The notes under the pieces are model-generated. The model did not search any database, was not told the DNA's origin, and worked only from the letters and a program-made list of their open reading frames with translations. DNA of 64,000 bases from Savitreella phatthalungensis (lineage: Eukaryota). Each line of letters opens with the position of its first letter. The stretch's first letter is position 1. The translations under genes were made by a program, and so were the position numbers. Location of the stretch: assembly GCA_051599415.1 (NCBI GenBank), contig AP039705.1:186001-250000 (forward strand), given 5' to 3'. Below are positions 48,084-58,710 of the stretch, piece after piece.

Positions 48084-49073
48084 ATGCCAAGGAAAGGTCC
48101 GCGATCGCGTTCGACGAGAGATATATGGTATACACAGTGTCGTCCACGATATCTCTTTTGCATTGATTTCGAGGCGACATGCTTCGAGGATGAGCAGCTG
48201 ACGCGGCTTCCGAAAGCTGATAGACCCAATTCCGCGCCCGTCTCCCCGACACATCTGGAGTTGACGAGCAGCGAGAGACCAAGGACGACAGAGAATCGAC
48301 CGCATTTGGCTTGCTCTCGTGATGTTCGCGGGCATACGAGCTTACGTTCTGGCGGAGCAAGACGACGCGATTGCGGCACAGAGTTTCTTCGCATTGACGG
48401 GCATCGATTACAAGAGATAATCGAGTTTCCGATCGTCCTCATGGATCTGCATACCGGTACGGTGCTCGACACTTTCCAGCGCTACGTTCGTCCAGTCAAG
48501 AACCCGCTGCTCTCCTCATTCTGCACCTCGCTGACGGGCATTTCGCAGGCTCAGGTCGATGGCGCGGAAGATTTCGATGCGGTGCTCTGCCAAGCTGTTG
48601 AATGGTTGGCAGCGAAGACCGCTGAGTACTCTATGCAACCTCTCGTCGAAAACGATTCTCCGGGCACGATCGACGGCCTCACGGGGCAACTGTGCGGTTT
48701 GAATGTGGGCGAGCGAGATGAGACTATCCTCGTCAACGATTCTCAGCGCAACTGGGCGATTGCCACAGATACCAGGCGAGACCTGTCTTACTTTTTCACC
48801 CACCAGCTCCGTGCACTGGGGTACACCAGATGCCCCCGGGTGTTCACTGGCGCATACGTCGACACTCGCTCTTCTTTCGCACGATTCACTGAGGCGGGAC
48901 GATTGACGCTGCCAGAGCAACTCCGGGTCGTTCGATTGACATTTCAGGGTGCTGAACACTCCGGACTCGACGACGCTACAAACGTGGCACGCCTTGCCGC
49001 TGAGCTGCACAGACGCGGAGCACGCCTTCGCACGAACGCCTACTATCTTTACGAACCTCGGGCCGAGCGATGA
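48084..49073 (+). CDS. DEDDh 3'-5' exoribonuclease, ERI1-like
   Basis: ExoI 'IDFEATC', 'EIIEFP', 'FQRYVRP..NP.LSSFCTSLTGISQ..VD', ExoIII 'HSGLDDATN'. Confidence 0.88.
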   Translation: MPRKGPRSRSTRDIWYTQCRPRYLFCIDFEATCFEDEQLTRLPKADRPNSAPVSPTHLELTSSERPRTTENRPHLACSRDVRGHTSLRSGGARRRDCGTEFLRIDGHRLQEIIEFPIVLMDLHTGTVLDTFQRYVRPVKNPLLSSFCTSLTGISQAQVDGAEDFDAVLCQAVEWLAAKTAEYSMQPLVENDSPGTIDGLTGQLCGLNVGERDETILVNDSQRNWAIATDTRRDLSYFFTHQLRALGYTRCPRVFTGAYVDTRSSFARFTEAGRLTLPEQLRVVRLTFQGAEHSGLDDATNVARLAAELHRRGARLRTNAYYLYEPRAER

Positions 49074-49175
49074 AATACGTCCTCGCCATTGACTATGATA
49101 ATTATGACATGACATGATATAGAATAGGTACAATGTCTACACGGCATATCCAGGGACAATGTCTACACAACATAT

Positions 49176-50510
49176 TCAGGTGTTCGACTCAAGCGGTGTG
49201 CCAGAGTAACTGACCGTGCTACGACGCAAGATCGGTTTGCTGGTAAGGATAGTGGCCAAAAGCTTTTGCAGAGCACGTAAGTCATAGCGCGCCAGCCCTT
49301 GGCTTTGCAGCGCAACACGATCAGGCTGTGCTGGCATGGGTATGATGCCGGCATTGCGCAAAATCGCCTCGTCGACAGTTGGCACATTTGCCGAGCCCGA
49401 CGGATTGCGCAAGTAGACAAGATGCGTGCAGATTTCCCGCCAGGTCGTGCCTGTGCCGCAAGCTCGACAGAGGGCATTGAGATAGTCGTTCGCACTATAG
49501 GCAGGCGTCTCCCGGTCGTGTGTTCCGTTGAGGAGTAAGATCTTGGGGGACTTGCTGTTGCGAACGGCGCCAGCCGTCCCAACAGGCAGCAGAAGCGGCA
49601 CAAGCGATGTATACAGTGAGCCAGGCGCAAAGATGATGCAATCAGCCGCTGCTAATGCTTTGATACAGGCCGGCGCAGCGACCGGCACGATGCGTTGGCC
49701 GTACTGATCAATGTAAGAGATCTCTCTGATGCGACTGCGTAAAGGCTCGATCGTGTCCTTGTCGAAGTGAATCGATCCAGCAGAGAAGTGCGTTCCTGAC
49801 ACCGCCGGCGAAGCACTTGGATGGGATATCTCATTTTGCCCAGCAATCACGGTGCCATCCTCGAGTGTGGCAGCAATTGGTGTCCCTTCCACGGTCTCGA
49901 TGATCGGCAGCACATCTGCATGCTCCGGTATTCCGGCCAATTTCCCGAGCACAAATACGGCTGTCTCAACGGAACCGAAGAAGAGACGCATTCCCGTGAG
50001 TACAAAATTGCCGACAGAGCCATTGCTGAAGTCGAACGGTCGGGTCCGACTCGACAGCTTGGCCACTTCACCCTGGAAGACAATCAAGTAGCTTCTCAGC
50101 GCTTGTGCCCGCTCACGCGATATTCCTGCATAGAGATCAGGATCACGAGCCTCCAGTAGGTCAAAGAACTGCAATCGTGCAGTGACAGAGTCGACAGACA
50201 GGCGGTGACTCAGTAGCCGCCTCGTAGCGGCTAGTCGCTCATCTCCGGTTCTGCCTTGATGACCCGCGCGCGCTTGGCCAATCTCAGCAGAGCTTAGCAA
50301 TGGCGGAATTTCATCGTCTGGAATCAGACGAACCAACCTTGAGCGAAGATCGCCGACACCAGGACCACCAAGTACGCGCAATATCTCGGATGTCGATCCG
50401 CCATTATCGCTGCAGGGCAAAATATAGCTTGTATGATTGTCAGAAAGCGCTTGAAGGACGGGAACAATAGCATTGCCGCCAGTGCCTCCTGACAGGCAAG
50501 CGATACGCAT
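49176..50510 (-). CDS. CofD/YvcK (UPF0052) family protein, YNL011C-like
   Basis: 'SGGTGGN', 'SDNGGSTSEILRVLGGPGVGDLRSRL', 'GSVGN', 'GQNEISHP', 'GSLYTS', 'NGTHDRET'. Start could instead be the upstream ATG at 50579. Confidence 0.88.
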   Translation of the reverse strand: MRIACLSGGTGGNAIVPVLQALSDNHTSYILPCSDNGGSTSEILRVLGGPGVGDLRSRLVRLIPDDEIPPLLSSAEIGQARAGHQGRTGDERLAATRRLLSHRLSVDSVTARLQFFDLLEARDPDLYAGISRERAQALRSYLIVFQGEVAKLSSRTRPFDFSNGSVGNFVLTGMRLFFGSVETAVFVLGKLAGIPEHADVLPIIETVEGTPIAATLEDGTVIAGQNEISHPSASPAVSGTHFSAGSIHFDKDTIEPLRSRIREISYIDQYGQRIVPVAAPACIKALAAADCIIFAPGSLYTSLVPLLLPVGTAGAVRNSKSPKILLLNGTHDRETPAYSANDYLNALCRACGTGTTWREICTHLVYLRNPSGSANVPTVDEAILRNAGIIPMPAQPDRVALQSQGLARYDLRALQKLLATILTSKPILRRSTVSYSGTPLESNT

Positions 50511-50686
50511 GCAAAGTCCAGGTCGAGGAAGGGCAGCTTCTGGTCTCTTGTGCCCACGTCTTTGAAAGGACCGCTGCATACGAGCTTGTAATCTTACCCG
50601 ATTAGGCAATTTTCACAGCCGCACCAAGAAGCTATAACGGGTCCGCGCGTCACGACGCTACTGGACCAGGTCCTTCTTCTACGATC

Positions 50687-51082
50687 ATGTCTATAGCGCG
50701 CCTGCCACGACACGTTGTTCGCACAGAGCTGGTACGAGCCAGCGGACGGCATGAATTACTCCTATGGAAGAATCGATATTATGTGCTCGCGCGCGATACC
50801 GAGAAGAAGAGCACGAATACACGGGACACTCACGGCAACCAGCCAGCAAGTGACTCTCAGATCGACAAAAAGGAGAGCAGAAAAGACCTGTCCACGACCG
50901 AGCGCGATGAACAGCTCATGCAGGCATACCGGGAAAAGCTAGGTGGAGACGCTACCGCGCAATTCGAAGACGGCAAAGCGAGCGAAATGAAACGCAGCGT
51001 ACGGAACAACATGTTCAGATGTAAGTGCGATCTGTTGCGAAAGCTCTGATTTAAGGCAGCAATTGACCAAACAGACATCTGA
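50687..51082 (+). CDS. Small conserved-type fungal hypothetical protein; intron 51021-51074
   Basis: GTAAGT..TTGAC..CAG intron converts the end to '...EDGKASEMKRSVRNNMFRYI*'. Confidence 0.7.
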
Positions 51083-51349
51083 AGAAGTCAGTGATCACAA
51101 AGCACAGCGGAAACATTTGTATTCGCCATGTCTATATTGAGGATTTGAGTATAGTTGAGCGCTCGCGTTAATCATCTCTATACGAGAACATGAGCTGGAT
51201 GGTTGTTGTCGGCTTGTGTATTCGCGAAGAGGCCGAAGTCGAGAGAACAATGGAGAATTTTGTGTCGTATCCATGAAATCTGCTTCAGATGTGACTCGCG
51301 TCCCACTCAGGTCGTTTCGAGCAGAAGCGCGGAGCTCGGTCAAGACGCC

Positions 51350-51520
51350 TTAGCGCATCTTCTGGAAGCCGATGTCCTTCGAGTTCTCGCGGAAGCACTG
51401 ACGGCACAAGTTCATCTCATACTTGCGAATCAAACCGGCGACGTGGCCGCACTTGCGGCAACCGCGCGAGCCCTTGCCGTAGGTGTGTGGGCGGGAGTTC
51501 CAGACAGCGGAGTGAGCCAT
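51350..51520 (-). CDS. RPS29: 40S ribosomal protein S29 (uS14)
   Basis: [45 protein letters not shown]. Confidence 0.97.
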   Translation of the reverse strand: MAHSAVWNSRPHTYGKGSRGCRKCGHVAGLIRKYEMNLCRQCFRENSKDIGFQKMR

Positions 51521-52188
51521 GATGGGTGGTTGTTGAAATCGGCGGGTCAAACTAGTATGTGTTCCTTTCTGGTGCTCGCGATGCGCACACCAACTGTTTG
51601 CAGCTCGTACGTTCTGTTGCTACTGTCTCAGCAGATACTGAATCTCCGCCTTGCACCCGCACGAGGACACATGTCTGGCTCCAACGATGGAATTGGACTT
51701 AGGAAACGCTGTCATGCAGAACCCGTGATTGTCGAAATTCACGGTCACACGCTCTAAGGTCACTGATCACTTTTTCGGGGTCGCGCTGAAATAAATTCGG
51801 AAGCCATAAAATATCATGTTACTCATGATCCACTTGATTGCCCCAATCCGCCGTTTGCAGATCGCATTTGGGTGTCAGTCATTCGCCCGGACATGATCGA
51901 GTCAAACACAGGGAAACATGCATGCCATCAGGTAGACTGTATCTTAATCCTGTCATGATGCTTCTCTGGTACCCATTACGCGAGTCGTTTTTACCAGACT
52001 ATGTCGACCAGGCGACCGACACGCCTGCCTTGTGCGGCAGCAATACGTTGGTGGCCAGCAGAAATTATTTGTATCGACTTGTGGTTGCACACGCGATTGC
52101 GCTCGCAATTGAGCTAGTTACTGCCACATGTAGTGTTCGGCCAAAATGCGTCTCGATGTTCACCGCGTGAGGAACACGTGCCTGATGT

Positions 52189-52415
52189 CCTGATAAACAC
52201 CGATTGATCTTTATCGACATACAGTATGTATGTCGGGGTTTTATCATGATCAGATAAGATCCTGAACTCTAACATGGAGCTGAACACCTTACGAAAGTAT
52301 CACGAAGCGCACTGGATCTAACTTCTTGCAAATCCACATATGATTGATCGATTGATTTACGGATACGGATCTGACCCTATGGAGATGGGCCGGTCGTCAA
52401 TTTAGTTGCTGATAA
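52189..52415. promoter_or_regulatory. Cluster of GATA boxes including an SreA/Fep1-type ATCAGATAA upstream of hapX
   Basis: TGATAA ~52191, TTATC 52211 and 52241, ATCAGATAA 52249-52257, TGATAA ~52410. Confidence 0.65.
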
Positions 52416-52636
52416 AGCTCACGTACTTGGTGATCCGTTTTGGCAGGCTTCATGGACGGTGCATCCGAAGCCAGGATGGTCTGAAACAAATTGTGTTACG
52501 TTTTACGAAGTCCGTGAAATACGATCCTCTGCAAAGCTCTCATATCTGATCTTTGAGAATCCTCTTATAAAGCGCGATCGATGCCGGTATTCAGCCTGCT
52601 TCCGAGGGTAATGACAGGCGCTCGTCATAGTGTACC

Positions 52637-53854
52637 ATGACCTACAAGATTCCGCCAGCGGCCATCATTCCATCGGACAGGCGAAGAGTTTCTCAAAACG
52701 AGACGAGTAATGCAATGAGCAATGAATCGGGGAGCGGGATCTCCCTGTCTAAGACGTGGCGCCTGCCAGCGCGCCCCAAGCCAGGTCGCAAGCCGGCGCC
52801 GGATACTCCAGACAATAAGCGCAAGCAGCAGAATCGACAAGCACAGCGCTCTTTTCGTGAACGAAGAGCTGCCAAATTACAAGATCTTGAAGGAGAAATG
52901 CGCCACACATCAGAGCAGCATGCGAAAGAGATGCATTTCGCAGAAAAAGAGAAGGAGCGATTAAGCAGCGATAATATACGCCTACGGCAAATGGTCCAGG
53001 CTTTAACTCTAGAGCTCGAGCGAGCAAGGAGCGTCGCAGCATCAATGCAGTCTGATTCGCCAAAACCACGGCCATTACGGTCATTCGATGGGCAAAGGCT
53101 CAGTATCGCAAGCGTGGTTAATCCTGAGCAACCTGCCGATGCGACCTCCATACCATCTTCGATGTCCACAGGTATACCCATGACGCCTCCAATGGAGATC
53201 ATCAGCGAACAGCCAGCGGTTCCCCAAGACAGTTGGAATCTCGACCGCGACCTGCTGGGAAAGTCTGTGCCGCTTCTGAGGAAGAAGCGCAAATTCGAGC
53301 AATCATGCGGTTTCTGTAGCGCGGGGATGCCTTGCGTATGCGACGAAGAATCCGAGGCGCTCAAGGTCGTTCGAGACACCAGTCTTGGCTGTGGCAAGGC
53401 TGACTGCTGCCGTGGTCGATCGCGCATCACACCCGATGATTCATCAACTGCGCTCAGCGCCACAGAGCAAGTGGTTGCTGGCGGGCCCGAAGGCGAAGGC
53501 GCAGTGTGCACTGGTGATCCCGGCAGTTGCGGACAGTGTCAGCGCGATCCGATGTCAACGCTTTTCTGCCAGTCACTCGCAGCAAAGGGTGTCGACTTGA
53601 TCGCAGGTGGACGGAGACCCAGGAGTTTCGCCACCTTTGAGCACTCTTCAGTTCGTGAAGACCACTTGGCTGACGACTCCTCTGCTGACACTGTGTACAT
53701 ACCTTGCTCTGCAGCTTACCAGTCCCTATCACGCCACCCGAGGTTTGGCGAAGCAGAGCTTGCCACCATTGTTGGTCTCATGCGTGTTCGGGAGGGGCGT
53801 GGCGTCGACGTCGAAAGCGTCCGATCAGCCTTACAGGAGCTTGATAGGATCTGA
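52637..53854 (+). CDS. hapX: Iron-responsive bZIP transcription factor HapX
   Basis: Hap4-like 'SKTWRLPARPKPGRKP', bZIP 'KRKQQNRQAQRSFRERR', Cys-rich regions CGFC..PCVC and 'PGSCGQCQRDPMSTLFC', 'IPCSAAYQSLSRHP'. Start could be the Met at 52712. Confidence 0.92.
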   Translation: MTYKIPPAAIIPSDRRRVSQNETSNAMSNESGSGISLSKTWRLPARPKPGRKPAPDTPDNKRKQQNRQAQRSFRERRAAKLQDLEGEMRHTSEQHAKEMHFAEKEKERLSSDNIRLRQMVQALTLELERARSVAASMQSDSPKPRPLRSFDGQRLSIASVVNPEQPADATSIPSSMSTGIPMTPPMEIISEQPAVPQDSWNLDRDLLGKSVPLLRKKRKFEQSCGFCSAGMPCVCDEESEALKVVRDTSLGCGKADCCRGRSRITPDDSSTALSATEQVVAGGPEGEGAVCTGDPGSCGQCQRDPMSTLFCQSLAAKGVDLIAGGRRPRSFATFEHSSVREDHLADDSSADTVYIPCSAAYQSLSRHPRFGEAELATIVGLMRVREGRGVDVESVRSALQELDRI

Positions 53855-55170
53855 ATCTTGGCACGCACAGGGGCCTTCTATCAGATCGATACCCGCAGTC
53901 GCTTCTGTGATTTTTGCCCAGCGACTGTGTTGTTCTTTTGGGGCCAATGATTAAAGCCGTGAGGTGACATCCAGCTTACGCAGATCGAAATCTGTGCTCT
54001 TGTTTCAACCGGGATCGTCTCCACACAAAGTCATGTATCCGTGTCTGTCAACACTGTCCCTTCTTGACAGGCGCACGCGTGGCTGTTGCGAGCCGGCGTC
54101 TCCATGAGAAAACTTACGAACATGTGGATCATTAACGCTCTTAAATGAAGATTCGTCGCCGAAAGGACGCTACATCAGCCTGGACGTCGATTGTGTCCCA
54201 GACGTGAATGTTTCGCGCTCGGTGGAATGGGTTTGATCAAGAGGCAAGCCTAAGATGAGCCATAACTTGCGACACAGGACGATTGGCCAAAATACGGAAC
54301 TAACGAGTCGGATCGCCTTTTACGGCTAAGGACACGCTTCTCATACAATGCCGATGTCAAGTGAGAAATACGGTTCGGAACGCAGCTCACGCGCTTGCCA
54401 GGACAAGAGGTCGCGCCAGTTCTGCTGTGCATGAGCGGGATGCAGCGCGCTGCTTTGGCGACCCGGTCTGAAGATGACTCGAGCAGTGGAACGCTAATGG
54501 GAGTAGACGTGGCCGAACAGCGGATGTGTACACGCGTCTGCAGTCGGCCATGCTCAGGCCGTCAGCAATGCCGGCTCGTATGATGCACATCGAGCTGCAG
54601 CTGAACAACGCAGCCGCCGATCTGAACAGCCCTGGGCAGCCATTCCATTATCTATATCGAGAGCCTTGTGCCTAGGAATTATTGCATTTTAGTACCTTTC
54701 TTAGAAGCTCCTTGATCAATCCTTTGTAACATTCCACCTCACCCTAACAGCAGGATCGTTCGCGCCCGCGTCACGCCCTCGCGCGAGGTAGACCCGATCA
54801 GCTGATATTGAGATTTGCTTCCTGCTATGCTGCATGGAAATAAACAATGATTTGGGCGTCACCGACTGCATTGTGTCGCCTCGACTCAACAGTGAAAGCC
54901 TTGCGCACGTAGAAAAGGCGCGACCGCCCGTCAGGTAGACTTACGCTCATTAGCAGGATATCGATGATTGCGCCATTATCGCACGAAGCTCGCTCGCATC
55001 GATTTCAGCTCAAGATTCAACCGTTTATGTTCACAAAACCTTTGCCACGATATCTACCGTGTCACGCGATGTCCGGACTCTCCAATGAGGATTCTCCTTC
55101 TCTCAGTCAACAGCGCAAGGCTCAGACTATCGTTGTCCCAACAAGATTCATGCGATTGTCTTCTCGATGA

Positions 55171-55524
55171 TCGAACTGAAAGTGGGCCACCCATTCGAAG
55201 TTTACAAGGTCCAGGCAAGCACTTTGGGCCTGGTGGAACACTTGGTTATGCTGTCATGCGTTTATCTTTTCAATTATCGTGTTGGTGGTCACAATCGTTG
55301 ACCTGATTCTGTTCTTCATCAAGCAACTCTTGTCTTTCGTTGTCGTGTCCACCAGCAGCACTCAGTTTTCCGCCATCTTCGTTCCGTCTATAATGGCTTA
55401 TCGGATCATGTGCAGTTGCTTCTCCGACGACGCATCCTCGCAAAACTCAATGCTCTGTGCAACTTCCGATCTTTACATCGGCGATTCTACACTACTTTTC
55501 CACGAGTGGGCCTGGAGCTTGTGA
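55171..55524 (+). pseudogene. Frameshifted, 5'-truncated inverted copy of the orphan membrane-protein gene
   Basis: Encodes RTES.PI..GPGKH, then a 1-nt deletion (GGGCC-TGGTGG versus GGGTTTTGGTGG at ~55229), then WWNTWLCCHAF...LFHE homologous to the minus-strand gene. Confidence 0.75.
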
Positions 55525-55892
55525 AAGCTGTTTGCGGCCGCTGCGCAAGCTTCATCGCCGAGTCGTGAAAGAACAATGTGAAGTCACCGATGTGAAGGTC
55601 GGAAGTTTCATAGAGCAGTGAGTATTGCCGGGATGCGTCGTCGGAGAGCCAGCTGCATATGATCCGATAAGTCATAAGAGACAAAACGAAGATCGCGGAA
55701 AACTGAGCGCTGCTGGTCGATACGACAACCAGAGACAAGGGTTGCTTGATGAAGAACAGAATCAGGTCAATGATTGTGACCACCAACACGATGATTGAAA
55801 AGATAAACGCATGACAGCATAACCAAGTGTTCCACCAAAACCCAGAATGCTTGCCTGGACCTCGTCGGATGGGCGTCTCACTTTCAGTTCGA
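55171..55892. repeat. Long imperfect inverted repeat, arms ~55171-55521 and ~55546-55892, loop ~24 nt
   Basis: TCGAACTGAAAGTG (55171) is the reverse complement of CACTTTCAGTTCGA (55879-55892). Hand alignment of 276 nt gave 36 differences (~87% identity). Confidence 0.95.
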
Positions 55893-56027
55893 GCGCTGCC
55901 TGGTCGCTCGTTTTCCTCTGCGACCCGGTCAGCCTGCGTATTCATCTCCATGGCTTGTATGTGTTTTAACTGGTCTACGTGAGTGGCTGGATCAATGCTT
56001 TTATCGCATGTCGGACTCACTATTCAT
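55487..56027 (-). CDS. Orphan small membrane protein (~164 aa, about 2 hydrophobic segments); intron 55975-56020
   Basis: CAACAAC-ATG AAT A | GTGAGT...CTCACGTAG | AC CAG splices in frame to MNNQLKHIQAMEMNTQ...WWNTWLCCHAFIFSIIVLVVTIIDLILFFIKQPLSLVVVSTSSAQFSAIFVLSLMTYRIICSW. No recognisable family. Confidence 0.65.
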
Positions 56028-56615
56028 GTTGTTGGTGTTTGCGAGCAAGGGAGGCGCAGAACAGATGAACGCGCATCCGCCGCGCAGACTATTGTGTGAG
56101 GCCCGAGCTGTCCGTCGTCAGCTGTGTTGCCAAAAATAAACTTGGTTCAATAGAAACGCCTCGTGCGTAGTAAATACTGATAGACAGCTCGCGTATTCTA
56201 CGCAAGAAGTGATCGATCCTAGGCTACCGTTGAGGCGAGTTCAGCAGAGATCAGTGCGATCTTATTCCTGACGAAAGCCATAAAGTGGGCAATTTGCCAG
56301 CCCCGTGCTGGTATTCGAGAGCAAATTCTGACGCCTCAAGAAGTCTGCATCTCAGTGTCAGACTGAGCAGCTGTGTGACGCGTACAGTAATGGCCGAGCT
56401 CGCGCGCGCGTGAGGCTCCTCGAATGCTGAGCTAGCATTTGATGCGGCCTGGACTTTCTGCATTTAAGCAAGCGTGCAATTAACCACGTCAGAGATCAGA
56501 CCGGTCTGGTGCCGGAATCTTCTTGCACAAAGGCAAAAATGCGGCACACTCCCTGTCACCTGATTCTATTTAAGCGCGCGCGAATCCCTGATAGACTCGT
56601 GACTGGAACCAAGCT

Positions 56616-57653
56616 ATGGGTCATCTCAACGTACAGGTTTGCAACGGCCACAATGTCGAGCTGTACACCAGCAATGCGGTGCCTGCTCCACTTCAGGTGC
56701 CTGGCTGCCACTTCGCCATCACCGCGCAGCTAGAGGGAGTGCTGACACAAGCGCATCTGGATATGTGTGAGCTACGCATATGCCTGAGGGAAGTTCATTC
56801 AATCCACAGCGTTGTGGAACATGGACAAACATTGCAAGCCGACGACGAAAAGCTGGGCGCCGCTTTGGACATGGGACATATTAACGTCATTTCTCATCCC
56901 AGAGAGCTTGCGATAAACATGTATGAACATTACCATCCATCCGATCCCCAGACGGAGGTCATACACAGGTCTACAGGCGACGATGAGCAGTGTATCTGCC
57001 TCTCCCGCAAAAACGGCCGCCAGCTCATGATGCTGAGCACTTCTGATGCCATAACGCTGAAGAGCGGACCTTGCTCATCTACAGAAGATGGTGTTCACGC
57101 AAGCCTTGCACCGGTCAACCATGGCTCACAGGCAGTAGTGCCTGGGGTCGTTCAAATGTTGGGATTCAGATTACCACTGACGACACTCATGAAGCCTTGC
57201 GTGGCTGTGCAGGTTAGTGTCACCGGAAGCATGTATCCTGATAGATTTGTCTGTCTGCGTACCTCGGAACTCGGGCGAGCCATGCAGGCCCAAGCTGTCG
57301 TCCGTGAAGGATGCCTGAAATGGGCAGAGCTTCACCCAAGTACAGGTCTCGATTCATGGTGGTATGCTCAAGAGGGACTCAACATACATTTCTACGGTCG
57401 CCGATCTACCGCTGAAGAGAGACTTCCAGCATATGAAGAAATCGCTGACTCTCGCAAAGCCAAGCGAGCTGACGTGGATGTGCGCTCGCGAAACTTCATG
57501 CGAGCCGGCAAGCGTCTGCTATATGCAAATGAATTGCTCCGCGGTCGGCTGGATTATGTAGCCTGGGACGACAAGCTTCAAGCATGGCTGGCAAAGTTTC
57601 CGGACGGGGAGCTGAAGACTGATCTCATCATGGTGAGAATCTATCCGAGCTAG
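56616..57653 (+). CDS. Orphan hypothetical protein (345 aa) with an LPAY motif
   Basis: Long ATG-initiated ORF, TATA-like TATTTAAG ~48 bp upstream. No family recognised. Confidence 0.6.
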   Translation: MGHLNVQVCNGHNVELYTSNAVPAPLQVPGCHFAITAQLEGVLTQAHLDMCELRICLREVHSIHSVVEHGQTLQADDEKLGAALDMGHINVISHPRELAINMYEHYHPSDPQTEVIHRSTGDDEQCICLSRKNGRQLMMLSTSDAITLKSGPCSSTEDGVHASLAPVNHGSQAVVPGVVQMLGFRLPLTTLMKPCVAVQVSVTGSMYPDRFVCLRTSELGRAMQAQAVVREGCLKWAELHPSTGLDSWWYAQEGLNIHFYGRRSTAEERLPAYEEIADSRKAKRADVDVRSRNFMRAGKRLLYANELLRGRLDYVAWDDKLQAWLAKFPDGELKTDLIMVRIYPS

Positions 57654-58710
57654 AGATGTGGCATCCAAGTCTCTCTCCGTCCGTCTGAGCTGACAATTTA
57701 CCGTATATCTCAACCCAATTCTTTTGTGCTCAAAGTCCGCGCCCGTGTTGCCAAAATTGTGAAAGGTGTTGACCTTGGCCTGCGGGGCTACTCCATCATC
57801 AATGCTTCAAGTCTACATCTGCTTCCGCAGTCGTCATAGTAGAGATCACGTCGTGGCGTTGTTAAGATACTTCTTACATTTGAGATGTCGTCGCCCCGCT
57901 GAGATGCGACGGATTATAATCGAGCGATGGATAAATGGGCAACTGATTAGTATTCGGTGATCCGATGCGGTATGTAGCTCGCATAATCCTTCAGCGGCCT
58001 CAGCAAGGTAAAGAGCATTCATAAAATCAGAGACGCGAGACAATCAGTCTGAGAAAACTCTGCTCGCTCGTCAGCACTCGGCTAAGACATCCAGTGATAA
58101 CTCCATCCGTACGCGTCAAGGACGGGAGGAACACATATATTGTTGAGTTGACATGGCCCGATAATTGACGAGCTCGAAGGATAGCTAGCGTCTCTCACGA
58201 TCTTTGCTGGCTCGCCGCAGCTCGGAACATAGAATTGTAGGCAAATTGCGCGATCCGTCAATCATCACGGGCCGCCCTGTAGAAGCGCACAGACTAACAT
58301 AAGATAAGCGTGTACACCGCGGGGATCAAGATTGTTCATGCCGCCGCTCAGTCGCCTCGAGTCAATCATCGGCTTCGACGAGCGCTGAATGGTCGGCGCA
58401 CATTTGCGCGATTCTTGCAGAAAGCATTTTTCGATACTACGCCTTCAGTTGGATTGGGATGATATGGTTCGCGGAGCCACCTCGTTGGAGATATGTAGCA
58501 GACAAGATTCTGTCTCAAGAACACTCGCGACAAGCATGACCAGTGCTCCCGGCGGCTGAGAACGTACACTTGAAATCAGCTTGTCGACCGGCCACATCGC
58601 TGAATGTACTAAAGGTGTTCCAGGTAAGCGACTCATCCAGCAGTCGACCGACCAGTATTGTCTCCGGAAGAGCACGTTATGTTGTCGGGGAAGAGCAAAA
58701 ATGAAAAAAT

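Noticed and set aside
51552..51610. Possible 5' UTR intron of RPS29 (GTACGA...TAG on the minus strand)
   Set aside because: No convincing CTRAC branch point; cannot be supported without RNA data.
52693..53511. 272-aa ORF antisense to hapX
   Set aside because: Lies fully within a well-supported gene on the opposite strand; shadow ORF.
54316..54324. GCCTTTTAC matching U5 snRNA loop I
   Set aside because: Flanks do not form the U5 stem and no Sm site follows.
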